This document shows, piece by piece, positions 11,840 through 26,302 of a DNA stretch of 64,000 bases; position 1 is the first letter of the stretch, and every line of letters begins with the position of its first letter. The stretch spans positions 1,178,001 to 1,242,000 of the forward strand of contig OZ231126.1 of the NCBI GenBank assembly GCA_965153355.1, read 5' to 3'. The translations under genes were made by a program, and so were the position numbers. Source of the DNA: Flaccisagitta enflata (Eukaryota). The notes under the pieces were generated by a model that did no database searches, was not told the DNA's origin, and saw only the letters and a list, made by a program, of their open reading frames with translations.

Positions 11840-13783
11840 GCGCTCTTCGTCGAGACTCATGGTTTATTCAAACACGATTCGTTCTTCTTCTCTTTCTTTT
11901 CTTTTTCTTCTTCTCTTTTTTATATCTATTTTCTTTCTACCTTTTGCAACGCCGTCTTTTGTGCGTGTGAATGTTACCAGTAATGGCGGCTGTCGCCGTG
12001 AGGAAAAGTCATGGGCGATGGTCACTTTTTGCAAGCTGTTTGTTCCTAGTAAACTGCAAATCTTTTTCTAATGGAACCAATCAGAGCAATTGCTTGTGTA
12101 TTGAATGCACTGAAAATCAGAAAAAATGGGACTGAGCCAAATGAGCTTGATGAGCTAAAATGCTCATAACCACTCAACCAGACAACCAGCTTAACTCTCT
12201 AAAATGCTCTTGTATCACCCACATGCTCCCATCAAAACATTTATCTATCCCATTAAAAATCAGGAAAAAAAAACAGCTAAATGAGCTAAGTGAGCTAAAA
12301 TGCTTAAAAATGCCCTTACAGATGAGCAGCTAGCTCACTGATATGCTTTTTAGTATCTGCTTTATTAAACAAGTTTCAAAATATTTATCTATTTGTCACA
12401 TTTGAAATAAAAAAGAAATGAGCTAAATGAGCTAGAATCCTCTAAAACACCCAACTTACCGATGAAACTAGTTTGCTCATAAACATATTACCTGCTTATA
12501 TTTGCCATTATCAAACAACCATAAATACGCTCCTTTATTGATCCTACATAAAATCATGAAAAATCGAAAAAAAATTCAATTTGCATTTTTCGTAAATAAA
12601 TCTTAAAAATTCATAACACGAAAAATATTTGTCCCAGAGACTTCTGCTTGGCGCCAAATGAAAGGAATTATTAAAATTTACTCTCACCCTATAGATTTCA
12701 TGGAGGCCACAATCTGGCAGTTAGGTTCCCAACTTTCTAATAAGAAAATGAAAACCCTGTTTCTCTTGAATATGTCAAAAAGTCGAAGACAGACTTCGAC
12801 TTTTTTCCCGATAACTCCCAACAATGAGGGAAAAAGAGTAATCATGCGGGCATTTCAAAATTAAGATCCCGTTACATAAAAGAGAATCAAATTTTGTAGT
12901 TTACTATAAATATTCTTTCAAATGCAATAAATGGTCATTACCAGCAAGAAAATGGTATGAACAGCAAACATATCGCAATATTTATTATCACTGGAACGAT
13001 CGTAATCATCCTCTGAAATATAATTCAGAGCAAAAATAGGGCAAACATGTGTAACAAAAAATGTGATAAGTCTATCTTGAAAATAACAAATCTGTGAAAT
13101 GAGTCAAAATTTTGCATTTTCTAAAACATACAACTTTAGATATACTAATTTACAAGAGTCGCACGTTCTTGGTTTTTGTAATTTTTGATTCTCTATGCAA
13201 ATTTGTTATTTTCAGTAGATACAAGTCAGGTGATAAAATTGAAAAATTCTGATCTCAATATCTCTCATTTTCAATATGAATGTCAAATTTTAATGAAAGC
13301 AGATAAAGACTTGCAGATTTCACTGATGGCTTGATCAAGGGATATGTTTTTATTTCTTATCAATTCTCAATGGATGACTGTAAATTGATATTTTTGAATT
13401 AATGTTTAACAATAGCTAAAATGTTCAAAATTATAGATGATTAAGAGAAAATTATTTTTTGAAAGTTGTAGGGGCAATTGAACTTGCCAATATGCAAAAT
13501 ATATCTTTACTAAAGGTGTAAAAAGGCCCTAATCAAAAATTTTGGGAAATAATCAGCAATCATGAAAAATTTCTAACTTTTGCATGAATAAGAAATTCCG
13601 CCATAAATTATTCCGTGTCGTAAATGTATTAGGGAGGTTGCGTGCAAGAAAGAAAACAACCGTGTACACATAACACGCTTGCTGCGTATATACCTACAGA
13701 TTCTACAGAATATGTAGTACACACTACACATTACGCCAATTGTATCCCGGGCCTTGAATCGCTCCTATGCGCCCCCTTCATAA

Positions 13784-14303
13784 TGTGACACTCGGGTGTG
13801 TCAAAATTTAAAAAACTTTTTTGATCAGATCGTCATCATCAAGGAGTGTTGGGACACTAATTCTAAAGTACTTACCATTTTTGTTTTTCTTAATTTCATT
13901 TATCTTCCGTATTTTTAAATCTCCATTTAGCCCCTAATTTGTATATTGTAGTGCAGCTGGTATTGCACCGGGATTCTTGATCATAAGAATAAAAATCAGA
14001 ACCCATTTCCTATCTTATTCTTTGATCTAAAAAGAATTGGTCAAAATATTTTACTTTTCATAAGAAGAAATATAACAAAAAAATAATTTTTGAATGATAT
14101 ATCAGTCGTTCAACAAAATTGGGTAGAAGTCGCTAAAAGTATATATATTTTTGACAATCTTACAAGCGCTAAAAAAAACGGAAGATGATTGAAATAAAAA
14201 AGAATAGAAATGGTTAGTGTTTTATAAATAGTAACTTCATAGTCCCTTATGATGATGAGCTGATCAAAAGACCTTTTATATATTGACACACCCGAATGTG
14301 ACA
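13784..14303. mobile_element. MITE with inverted termini
   Basis: tgtgacactcgggtgtgtcaa ... ttgacacacccgaatgtgaca; also gatcagatcgtcatcatc / gatgatgagctgatc. Confidence 0.6.
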
Positions 14304-14436
14304 CTCATGATTTTATTTCAAACGAGCCAATGCGCAGCTTTCTAGCTAAATGGAAACCTTTTTTAGGGCCCGTTTAAAGTTTACACTGAAATTAATGGGA
14401 AAAAAATCCCCTTCAGAATCCCCTTGAGAAAATCCT

Positions 14437-15453
14437 TTTATTGTCCGCGACGGAATATCATTCCGATGCGGACTAAAATTCAAGGCGGGTGGGTGTCGTC
14501 GTCGTCGTCGTCGTCGTCATGCGTCGTTGTTGTTGTTAAACGGATTTTAAAAAATGGATAACTTTTATGCTTTGACCGATTTGGTTCATATTTGGTGGGA
14601 AGTTGTACTAAGGTAAGGCACTTTACATCCTATCCGCTCTTTGTATCCGACCAACCTTGACCAGCAACTACGGCCCAAAAAGTGAAAAACGTGCATAACT
14701 TTGGTATTTTTCAGCCGATTTGGTTGAAGTATATGGAGTCTCTAAATGGAAGGACTCAACATATGTATGTGATTTATTTACGTTTGAGTATGCTAACAGG
14801 CCAAACCGACCTACCACCCAACCAGCTTACCGTCCTAAAAATAACAAACTTGCATAAATTTTACATTTTTCAACCAATTTGGTTGAGACTTAGTATGGAG
14901 TCTCTAAATGGAAGAACTCAACATATGCACACTATTTATCCAAACCAGCCTGCCACCCAACCACCCTGCTAGCCTTAAAGTGAAAAACGTGCATAACTTT
15001 GGTATTTTTCAACGATTTGGTTGGGGAATTTTTTATGGAGTCTCTAAATGGAAGGACTCAACATATGTATGTGATTTATTTACGTTTGAGTATGCTAACC
15101 GGCCAAACCAACCTACCACCCAACCAGCCCACTGGCCGAAAAATGAAAAACTTGCATAACTTTTACATTTTTCAACCAATTTGATTGAAACTTGGTATGG
15201 AGTCTCTAAATGGAAGAACTCAACATATGCACACTATTTATCCAAACCAGCCTACCACCCTACTAGCCTAAAAGTGATAACGTGCATAACTTTGCCATTT
15301 TCAATGGATTTGCATGAAACTTTGTATGGAGACTCATAAATGCTCTAAGGAACTTATAAGACTTACAGGGTTGGCGATCTTTGTGATATGATCTTATGGA
15401 ATTGGTGATCTTTCACCCCCCTCCGTCGCGGACCCAGATACTGTTCAGATTTT
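14437..15453 (+). mobile_element. HINE-like element with ~300-bp central tandem repeats, inserted within an inverted-repeat element (arms at 14318-14348 and 15497-15525)
   Basis: 5' ttttattgtccgcgacgg..., (GTC)n tract, repeated units containing tatggagtctctaaatggaag, and 3' ccgtcgcggac, which is the inverse of the 5' motif. Confidence 0.6.
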
Positions 15454-16152
15454 TTCTTTGTTAATTTCAAATTGACCCTAAAAAAGTTCCCATCAAGCTA
15501 GAAAGCTGCGCAATGGCTTGTTTGATATATACACCGTCTTTAGATCAATTTGAAAAATGTTAAACCTTTATAACTCCTAAACTACTGCGCAAAGAGTCTA
15601 CAAATCTTTAGTGAACATTGCTAACATGTGACGGTTTTGTTAGATACTGAATGATTGAGGAACAGCAAAACCCAGAAAAAACGGTCATTTTTGAAGCAAA
15701 ATAAACCTTTTCCTTCCTTTTTTTGGGAGAAGCTGTCTTACGCTGCTGAACTAATTGAACTGGAACCCCAAAAACACTTACAGACTTATGATGAACATAC
15801 ATACACTTCCATTTTGCTTGAAAATGTAATGATTTTTATTAGTTTTGAAACGAATTGATTGATTTTTCATGTTTGCCATTAACAATTCTCAAAAACACCC
15901 AAAATTAGTGAAAATCCCGTTGAGTATCCAATTTTTGTTTTAATTATGAAAAAATGTGTTCTCTACAACTAATTACCAATGATTTTATATCAATCCCAAC
16001 ATTTTAGTTTGATTTGTTTGAAAAAAAAACAAGAAGAAAAAGACAGCTCCTTCAAAAACAGCGGAGGAAAAATCTACCATGGCTTGAAAATGCTGATTCT
16101 TTCAGTGTTTTGTTGTACCCCAATTAATCAATATCTATATCTAAGCTTTTGC

Positions 16153-16607
16153 ATAATAATGATTCTATTTTCGTCAACATAAAATGCGACAATCCAAGCA
16201 GCAATCAAACAATTACACAGCTACGAGTCTACTACATGGAATCATGTAAGAATGGAAATAGGGAAGTAGGGGAGAAAAAAAAATAAATAACATTAGGGGA
16301 TTCTATTTAATTCCGTTTCTTCGTCTATTCGCAAGAGAGCGGCCAAAGACTTCAAAACAACATTAGCATGATTATCAATAGAGATGGTAAATCGACGTTT
16401 GGCATTACCAATCAATAGTTCCATTGATTTAAATCCGTAACAATCTCTAATTTGGCGAATACTCTGCCAGTAACGAAACCCGAATATTCTGCGAATCGCG
16501 CCATTCAAAGCGACATTCAATTGATTTCTTTCTGAGGCGTTATAATCTTTTATCTCGGCACCGTATGTTAATTTAGGGACACAATTAGAGTATAATAAAA
16601 CCGTCAC
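16153..16607 (-). mobile_element. 5'-truncated non-LTR retrotransposon (LINE): ORF2 C-terminus plus 3' UTR
   Basis: ORF 16293-16607 (LLYSNCVPKLTYGAE...NGAIRRIFGFRYWQSIR) is homologous to 57800-58306, and the 3' ends are similar (gacgaa..a.aa.cat.at). Confidence 0.8.
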
Positions 16608-16913
16608 CTGTCAGCGATGTTTGCTGAAAATTTGAAAACTTTTTGCCAAGTAGTTTAGGAATTATAAAGGTTCAACATTTTTCAATTCGATCTAAAGACG
16701 GTGAGTGTCAAATTATGAAGGGGCCACAAAACAACCAGTCAGCAAAGTCTCGGGATGCAATCGGCGTACTACTCATGCTTGTAACTTACAAGTTGTAAGC
16801 ATCACTGACATCGTCACGCAGGTCTTGTAAACTGACGTGCGCCCATGCCGTTCTGGTACTTTTGAAATTGCCATGCACCATCTCTTTTTGTAACACACCC
16901 ATGGTTAGACACG

Positions 16914-16976
<63 letters not shown>

Positions 16977-17072
16977 ACGCGCGCGCGTTAGTTTTTTCGC
17001 GTGCACATGCCCACGTTTAGACGCGGTTGCACCGGAAAAGGGCGAGATATAAGGCATTGACTACTGTTATAG

Positions 17073-17227
17073 CAACAGTCTCTGGTGAAGTCTGGTAATT
17101 ACAATTTCCTGCGAGGATATGAGAGGAGGATTATGGAGGAGAAAAGAAGAAGGGCTTGGCTTAGGTTGAGCCCAAGCGCAGTTGGGCTTGACACTGATTA
17201 TCTCGAAACCGACGCACCTGCTCAAAG
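17073..17227 (+). CDS. Candidate orphan exon, product unknown
   Basis: Acceptor ttatag| and donor AAG|GTAATG; one frame open for 51 codons (QQSLVKSGNYNFLRGYERRIMEEKRRRAWLRLSPSAVGLDTDYLETDAPAQ). No homology recognised. Confidence 0.3.
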
Positions 17228-17265
17228 GTAATGAGGAAAGCGAAAATGAAACAGTGCTGTTTGTA

Positions 17266-17872
17266 CAGTACCTTCCGAGCAAACCCGGTTAAAACTGGAG
17301 GATTAATTTTTGTTACTTTAATTTCATTTCCCAAACTTCATTTTTTGCATCAAACTTAATTAAAAGATACTTAATTCCTTGAACATATTTGGCTGTCAAA
17401 AAAAATAACTCGTGAAATCAAAGTGCATGAAGACATCAATATTGAGTGTTCTAACCCAGACCATTGGATTCGGCAGAAAATTTTACCTATCCTAGACTAT
17501 AAGAACAGCTCAGTCAGACAATTATTTCAGATTTTATGGCCATTTAAAGTTTTTAAGGACAATTGTCTCATAATTATTTTGAGACAATTGTCCTTAGAAA
17601 CTTTGCGTGGCTGTAAAATCTGACAGAATTATTTGACTGAGCTGTTCTTGTAGTCTAAGACAGGTAAAATTTTCTGCTGAATGTAATGGTCTAGGTTAGA
17701 ACACTCTAAAATTGATGTCTTCATGCTGATTTCACGGATGGCTGACAACCAAATATATTCAGGAATTAATATCTTTAATTAAATTATGTACAAAAAATGA
17801 AGTTTGTGAAATGAAAGTAAAGTAACAAAAATTAATCCTCCAGTTTTAGCCGGGTTTGCTCGGAAGGTACTG
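17266..17872. mobile_element. 607-bp palindromic MITE, Tc1/mariner-type (TA target duplication)
   Basis: TA|CAGTACCTTCCGAGCAAACCCGG ... CCGGGTTTGCTCGGAAGGTACTG|TA; self-complementary to the centre near 17570. Confidence 0.92.
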
Positions 17873-18369
17873 TAGAAGATTGATGAACAAATAACTGCAA
17901 AAACCTAAGACGGCAAAAGACTAGAAAGCATATTTTTTCGCTGAAACTCAAAACAACGACCGCCAAACAGATTCTTTGATGCTTTCTTTATTTATTCCTA
18001 ACCCTTTGCGCGTAAAAAGGGTCAAGTCTTAAGACCCCGTTTGAAGTTCCAACGGCGTTGGAACACGCGCATGAATTCAATTCCCGACGTCTCTCTGCCG
18101 CTATCGCTATGTTCGTGCGGTCTCATGATATTTTCTTCCGGTGAGATATGGCGTGTTTAGTTGACTTAGTCTTAGATAGTCTGCAGTAGAAACTCGCTTC
18201 AACGGACCAGTTTTTAACAGAATTTCTCCTTCAGAAGACACTGATTCTTGGTCCCTTGAACCTGTTTTCTTTTATCTCCTGTATTGGCAAATGGCAAACT
18301 CTGTGTGTGCGTGTGTGTGTGTGGGGGGGGGGGGGAGGTTTTGGGCAACGGCGAATCTGAGCTTTTCCC

Positions 18370-18990
18370 TTTTTGAGCAGCGGCCCCAAAGGGCCGATGT
18401 CTTGGGGTTTAAAGGAGGAATTTCCAGACGTCCGTCCGTCGATCCGTCCGTTAAACCATCAAAGTCCGTCCGTCCGTCGTCGTCCCTTCCGTCCGCCCCG
18501 GTTAGCCATCGAGGCCTCATATCCTCCTCATGAGCCCGATTTAGGCCCTCTAAGCCCTCAAATTAGCCCTCCAGGCCTCAAATCAGCTCTCCGGGCACTC
18601 AAATCAGCTCTCCCAGGCCTCAAATCAGCTCTCAAGGCATCAAAATCAGCTCTCCAGGCCTCAAGTCTCTCAGACCTCAAATCAGCATTCCAGGCCCCAA
18701 ATCAGCCCTCCAGGCCTCAAATCTGCCCCCAAGGCCTAAGGCCTTTCCCCAGACCTCAAATCTAATTTTCAGGCATAAATCTTCCCCCAGACCTCAAACT
18801 CGCATCAAAAGTACCCTCCTAGGCCCTGCTATATTCCCCCTCAGGACGTCTGGAAATTCCCATGTCCTACAGGACATTGGCCGCCCCGGGAGCCGCTGCC
18901 TACTCTCATTCCACTACTTCACTTGATCACCCCAAGCAGGGCATCGGGTACCGCTGACCATGTGCGATCCTTGGATGACTAGTTTTTTTG
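18370..18990 (+). mobile_element. Second interspersed family (HINE-like) with an internal ~21-bp minisatellite
   Basis: Shared ends tttgggcagcggccccaaaggg... and ...aagcagggca..gggtaccgctgacca. Other copies at about 19438-20025 (minus), 21900-22420, 34365-35010 and 44770-45350. Confidence 0.65.
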
Positions 18991-19176
18991 TTTAGTCATG
19001 TTCGAGCCTTAGAATTTACAAATATAAGTCACGTTCGATGGGATCAGTATTCAGTAATCAGATAACACCCAATCTTTTATTTCTTTTTAGTATCGTAAAC
19101 AAAATAAAAATAGCTCAACCACAGACTGCTTCCATTCATATTGCCTCAATTATCGCATTACTTCATTTTTTTTCTC

Positions 19177-19280
<104 letters not shown>

Positions 19281-20648
19281 ATCGCCCACTGCATTATTAT
19301 TCTTACGATTTTGATGTTGCAGCTAATGGAGCAGGGAAGGAGAAGAAGCGACGACGGACAGACAGATAGACAGACGAACGAATAAAGTTGGAAATAGCCA
19401 TAGTGCATGGCGACGATGAGGGGAAAATGGACAGACAATTGTCTGAAGCGTTAGATAGTCAGCGGTACCCGTGCCCTGCCTAAGTGAGTTGCAGTTGGGG
19501 TTGAGGGTAACCGGGGCAGCGGCCCCAAAGAGAGTGACCATGCTTTCTACATGGGGATTTTCTCCTTCTTCTCCTCCTCCTCCACTCCTCCTCCTCAAAT
19601 CCCTCCCCCTCAAATCCCAGTCTCCAGGACCAGAAATTCAGTCTCGAGGCTCAAATCCCAGTCTTGAGGCCCACATCCCAACCTCAAGGCCCAAATCCTA
19701 GCCTCAGGTCCAAATCTAATCTGTAGGCTGAGTTTTGGGCCTCAAAGACTAAAATCTGGGCCTCTTAGCTGAGGAATTTTGCCGGCGTGAGCTGAGGTTT
19801 GAATTTCAAGGCTGAAATCCTGAGGCTCCAGGCTGGGATTTGAGCCTTGAGGCTAGGATTGAGCCTTGAGGCTGGGATGTGGAGCCTCAAAACTGGGATT
19901 TGAGCCTCGAGACTAGATTTGGTCCTCGAGACTGGGATTTGAGGGCGTGGGAAGGAAGGAAGGAAGAAAAGAATCTACATATGTGTGAAAGCATGGGTCA
20001 TCGGCCCTTCGGGGCGCTGCCCAAAGTGCGATCAAGGAGGGTGTGAGGGGTGCGGGGAAAGCTTTCATAAATGAATAACAAGGATAACACGTATCCGCTC
20101 AGTTTTTGGGCAGTGGACGAAGTCCTGCAGAACACAGAGGACTTTCATTCGTTCGTTTGTTCGTCCGTCCGTTTGTTCGCTCGCTGACCACATATTACCC
20201 TTCGGCGACCTGTTTTTCTTCAGATCTAGTTTATTCAACGTCACACACTGCACAAACTCGATATGTTACATCATCCCTTAACTTCCAACTCCAAGATTTC
20301 AAAATTTCATCTCAAGTATTGAGTTTTTTTTCTTATTTAAATTCCCGAAAATAAAAGAGACTCATTCTCTCATTGGAGGATGAATATTGGATAAATTGAT
20401 TATTGGGCAATCGTAAAGAATTCTTTATTGCTGTTTCACTTTTCAACAGAGAAAAAAAATATTCATGCCTTTAAGATAGACATAGAACATCTGAGTATTT
20501 GTTAGACAAAATGTAGACGATACAGTGATGAGGTTTCTTCTTCCTTTCATTATCATTACAAAGAGAAGGAAGAATTATGCACAGGCAGTTTATTGAATCT
20601 CTTAGAAATTTGTTGTTGTTGTGGTTGTTGTCTATGTTTCTTTCTTAG

Positions 20649-20716
20649 TTGTTATTGTTATTGTTGTTGTTGTTGTTGTTATTGTTGTTATTGTTGTTGT
20701 TATTGTTATTATTGTT

Positions 20717-20779
<63 letters not shown>

Positions 20780-20780
20780 G
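20649..20780. repeat. (TTG)n microsatellite
   Basis: Directly visible. Confidence 0.95.
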
Positions 20781-21436
20781 CCACTCAAAAAAGTCAACAG
20801 CTTTCTTAGTCTAATGCAGCGGTGTATAAGATTCAGTATCTCGAGCAACATTAGGTCCAAGTGCAAGTCGATTAGTTAGTTGAGGTAAGATAAGGATCTT
20901 AATGTGAACTACATGTGATGTTTGTGTGATAGGATGATTATCAAATAGGGTTCGAGTAAATGAGTTTAAGGCATAACAAATCGTTCAAGCAATCTCATCA
21001 AAAAGATCGATTGAAACGAAACGATCCGAACATACCACAGAGAACGCAACAACAACAGGTAGCTTTCAAAACCTAATCTAATATAACGGTCTTTCTCTAT
21101 CATTCTGTCCGATGGTCCATCTTACATCGGTTCGTCTGTTTTATTTTTTGTCTGTCTGCCCGTTTGCCTGTCTGTCTGTCTGTCTGTCCGTCTGTCTGCT
21201 TTTTTGTCTTTCTGTCTATCAAACTATCTGCTAGCCTCTCCATCTTTCTCATTGTCTACCTGTCTGTCGTTATGTTTCTCTTTGTTTGTTTATTTGTTTG
21301 TTTGTCTGTCTGTCTCTCATTGTCTTCATCTTTGTCTCAGTCTGTCTTGTCTTCATCTTTGTCTCAGTCTGTCTCTCTATCTCTGTCTCTGTCTCTCTAC
21401 CTCAGTCTCTGTCACTCTATCTCTGTCTCTGTCTCT

Positions 21437-21544
<108 letters not shown>

Positions 21545-23929
21545 CACTTGCTCTTTTTTTCCGCATATTTCGATCATTCTGTTCTCCCATTAACAAAGCG
21601 CCCCATGTATTCCCTTACGTCCGCTACCCCTCCCCCCCCTTTTTCTCTCTCTCTCTCTCACATACACAAATCCCTTTTTTCACTCTCCATCATCACTTTT
21701 CAATTCCTCATCAATGCAATCGTTCAACGATGAGAGACAACGACAACAACGACGACAACTACAGCAGTACATCTCTAGGCAATGATCAACCGAAACGCGC
21801 AATCGAAAGTCAGTTTCACCTCATCAACGACGAAAGTCGTTTTCAACATCATTGTCATCATCATCGCCGTCATTGTCGTCGTCGTCGTCGTCGTCATCCT
21901 TTTTGGGCAATGGGTTCGAAGAAGACGAAGTCCTGTAGAACAAGGGAGGACCTTTGTTCACTCTTGTCAGACCTTAAATCACCAGGTTTAGGTCTCAAAG
22001 CAATTCTCTAAGGTCTCAAAGCAGCCCTTTCACCCCTCAAGCCACTTAAGCCCTAGAGTCAGTTCTCCCGGGCCTTTAATCGGCTCTCTTAGCTTTGGTC
22101 TCAACTCTTAACTCAACCTTCTTTTGCCTCAGAAAAGCCCTACAAGCTCCAAACCAACTCCCTACTAGCTCAGATTAGCCTTCTCATGCCTAGAGTCTAC
22201 TCTCTTCCAGTCAGCCCTTTCTGGCCTCAAATCAGGCGCCTTCTCACTATCATTGCCTTTTATCATCCTCATCCACACTATTGCATACTATTTGGCAGAA
22301 CGAAAGAAATTCCCCTTGTCACCTTGTGCTCTACAGAACTTCTGTCTCCTGAGGGCCGTTGCCCTACTTCCTCTTACAGGTATCGAGGTGTCGCTGACCA
22401 CATATTGCCCTTGAGCGACTGATAAACTTCATTGTCGATGTTGTCGTCGTAGTCGTCGTCGTTGTCGTCGTCATTGGCGTCGTTATTCATCTTCATTGTC
22501 GTCTTCATCGTCGTCATAGACATTGGCGACGTCGTTGCAATCGTCATCTTTGTCATCATAGTGATCGTGGTTGTCGCCGTCGCCGTCCTCATCGTCGTGA
22601 TCGTCATCACCATCGTCATCGTCGCCGTCGATGTATTCGTCATCATCGTCATCGTCGTAGCCTTGGTAGCTCATTGCCGTCGGGGCGGAAGGAGGACAAG
22701 TCTTTGATGGTGTTTCGACGAGGTGGTTCAGGGCCGAGAAAAGAAGAAGGGGGTTGCGGGGGTTCTCTCCTTGTTTTTTTTCTTCATTTTTCCCTCCATC
22801 TTTCTTTGCGCTTGAAAGAAAGAAAGAAAGAAAAAAAAACAAAAAACAAAAAACAAAAGAGAGAAAAAGAAAGAAAAAGAAAACAACAAACAGAGATTCG
22901 TGTGTTTGTACGACGATTTTCGGCCCTGTTAAGAAGTCATTAAGGTGAAGGAAAGCGCCGCAACCAAAACGTGGAAATCAACCGGCCGAAGATAAAAGGA
23001 AAGAGATTTGTGGGCACTGGAGAACCAGCGCAGTTTGCTTGTAAACGTGCCAACTCCCTTTTCATCATGGATGTGAAATATTTATGCGGATTAAACTTAG
23101 TGAATTAAGAAGCCTTTGAGAATGAAAAGGGATTCGAAAAACGCTTCACGCGCCAACTCAGATAAAGAAAAGAAAAAGAAATATTTTCGTCTATCAAATC
23201 GCGTGAATTATGTGAAATTCCAGAGCAATTTTACAAACTCGAATTTTTTTGAGTGCGAATTCATATCTCAGCTCTTTCTTCATTTAAAACTGAATACAAC
23301 TACAGTCTTCATAGAGCCAAGAGCAACTCCGCGCGCTCTACAATGAGCAAAGAGCGAGCGTGAGGGAAAAGAAGTTGTTATAACCAGACTTTTCTCCTTA
23401 ATGAAAATAAGAAAGAAATAAGGAAAGGAGAAAAAAAGAGATAAAGAAATGGACAGAAAAAGATAATTTTTCATCTCTGAGTACATCTTTATCAAAGTAG
23501 GAAAGGAAGAAGTTTTTCTCTTCTTTTTCATTGGATTCCACAGACATTTTTTTCAGCCCCCGCATCTTACAACTTACCTCAACCATAGCTATCTGCTTCA
23601 TGCTAAAAAAAAGAAAAACAACAACAAAAAAACAAAAAACAAAAAGAATGATTGAAATGATTGAAAATGAGGTGAAAAATAAGGAGGCATTTTGTTTTGA
23701 AATAAGAAATAAAGCAATGACCTTAACGTGGATGGATTAAAACTCGCGAACGTCTTGAATTACGATATTCTTTATATATATTTTCAGGAAAGAAAAAAAA
23801 ATCAAAAGAAAAAAAAACCCTCGAGAAGCGCCAAAATATGCCGGCGTTTTGTAAATTGAAAAACCCTTTTTTTTCCCGCTCTTCTTTCTCCCCGCTTAAG
23901 AAAAGAAAATACAGGAGGGGAAAAAAACC

Positions 23930-24220
23930 ACGGCAGTAGACGCCATCTGCAAATTGCTCATTTCTTTTACAAAGAAAAAAAAAGAGAAGCTCTTAACGTT
24001 GTCGTCTTCATCATCTCCGCCACAATCTACGCGTGCGTCTACGTGTAAAGGCAACTAGCGCGAGTGTGTGCGTGTGTGCGCGTGTACAATTCCAGGGGGT
24101 TGTAAAAGTTGAAGCCACGGGGGTGCACGTGCGTGCACGCGTGTACGATATATACTCGACACTGAAGGTCGTCGGCAGTTTGAAGAGAAAGCGAGAAGAA
24201 ATTGAAAATTTACACGCACG
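23930..24220 (+). promoter_or_regulatory. Putative CpG-rich promoter / 5' UTR
   Basis: Locally CpG-rich, with a YY1-like CGCCATCT at 23941 and an E-box CACGTG at 24126, directly upstream of an ATG in good context. Confidence 0.3.
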
Positions 24221-24323
24221 ATGGAGGCCGCGGGGGTGGCTGGATTCCCCGCGGGGGTGGCTGGAGGCCCCGTGCCTCGACCCCCAGCCAGAAAACGATA
24301 CACTTCCTTCGTCTATACGACAG
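24221..24323 (+). CDS. Probable first coding exon, possibly of the TRPC-like gene
   Basis: acgATGG Kozak context and consensus donor CAG|GTAAGT. Translation MEAAGVAGFPAGVAGGPVPRPPARKRYTSFVYTT, phase 1. Linkage to the TRPC-like gene is inference. Confidence 0.5.
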
Positions 24324-26182
24324 GTAAGTAAATGTAAGTTAATTGCACACGCAACAGCACTAAGAAACAGAAAAAGGCATGTTGAGTTTTTTTTTACTCT
24401 CCGGATTTTCTGTGTATGGTCATGACATGACAATCTGTCAAAAAAACGGAAAAGGCCCCAAAATTCAATATTGCTCGTGAAAAAAAAAATCGTTTTTATC
24501 AGTATTGAGATAATTTGCACTTCAAAAGGACTTGTTTCCAAAAGAGCAAAGAGAGTGTATGAAAAAGAAAAAGAAAAAGAAAAAGAGAGAGAAAAAGAGA
24601 GAGAAAAAAAAAGAGAGAAAAAGAAAAAGAAAAAGAAAATTGAAAAAGAGAGAAAAAGAAAAAGGAAAAGGAAAAAGAGAGAAAAGAGAAAAAGTAAAAA
24701 ATGAAGAAAGAAGAAGAACAGAAGAATACAGACTGCTAAAATAATGATGAATAAAAGCAAAAGATACACAGGAAAATGATATAAAGAGAGGCTCATCTCC
24801 CAAGTCACCATTTTCCATTTCCATTTTGACTTTGTTTTTCACCGTTTTCCGTTAGATAAAGAATTCCGGCCCATTTTTCCAAAATTCGTTTCGCTTCGAC
24901 GATCGTACCAACATCTTTATTGTTTTCTTCGTGTGCTTATGGGACATAGGTTGTGGGGATTATCATCGATCCCCCCTTCTCTCCGATTTTTAGTCGCGTG
25001 CATGTGACTCTACAACCCGCTGTGTCCGTTGGATGGATGGTCGGTCCGTCACATTTCTCGTTTTTTGGCATTTTAAGGTGTTTTTTTGCCATCCAGCTTC
25101 TGCTCAAATGCTTGGTCAGCCTTCTTTATCACTGCACGCGACTTGGGTAACCGTGTTTCTTTTTCTCCCTTTTCTTTCCTTTCCTTCCCTTCCCTTCCCT
25201 TCTCTTCTCCTTTCCATCCCTTCCCTTTCGTTCCCTCGCCTTGGTTTGCTGTTTTTTACATCTTTTTAGTCGCGGACTAGCGACTCTTTAAGAAGCTTTG
25301 TCCGTCCGTTGGTCAGTCTGTTGGTCGGTCAGTTGGTCAGTCAGTTGATCGGTTGGTCGTGGTGATCGAGTCGAAAAGTGGAAAACACATTCCGCCTACC
25401 CACACGTCCGCGACTATTATTGGCCGTGTATCCGGCCTTGTTTTCCATGTTTTGTCTCTCAGTCTTTTTTTCTCTTTTTCATAAAACAAAGAGTTCCTCG
25501 CGAGGATATAAATAAAAAAAGATTCTTACGAGCTCAAAACAAAAAGTCTGAATCCGGATAAGGCTGCCAAGGCTGCCCTCTTTTTGCCCTCAGAAATATG
25601 TACACACTCATGGCTGGAGGATAAAAAGAAATAAGATGCTTAGGGGAATTGGATCTGCTCGTGAGGTATCGAGGGCGAAGGGGTTAAGGTTAGGAGAGGG
25701 CAAAGGTGATTGAAGGAAGGGTATAGGGTTGAAGAGGGCCCTTCTTAGAGGGATGGAGGGCAAAGAGGTTGTGGTAAGTTGAGGTTGTGGTAAGTTGAGG
25801 GGATTAAGTGATGGTAGGTGGTAAAAGAAAGGTGATGGTAAAAGAAAGGTGAGGGCAAAGGGGATAAGTTATGATGGAGCGTTGAGGGGAGTGAGAGCGT
25901 AAAGTTGAGGTGAGTTAAATGCAAAGGAATGGGGTTGAATTGATGTGGAGGGACTATTGTAGTGGTTGAGAGCTAAGATGATGAAGTGAGGCCTGTGAGG
26001 GCAAAATATTGCATGTAGGTTGATAGCAGAGGGGCATAAAGGAGTAAGATGAGTTGGGTGTGAGGGAGACTTGTAAAGTGTTGGTAAAGGGGCATGATGA
26101 GTTACTATTTTCCTGGAGTCACCTGAAGAAAAATGAATCTGGTAAAATTTGGAAATCGGGCGGGCGTGTACGTGTATGTAAT

Positions 26183-26302
<120 letters not shown>

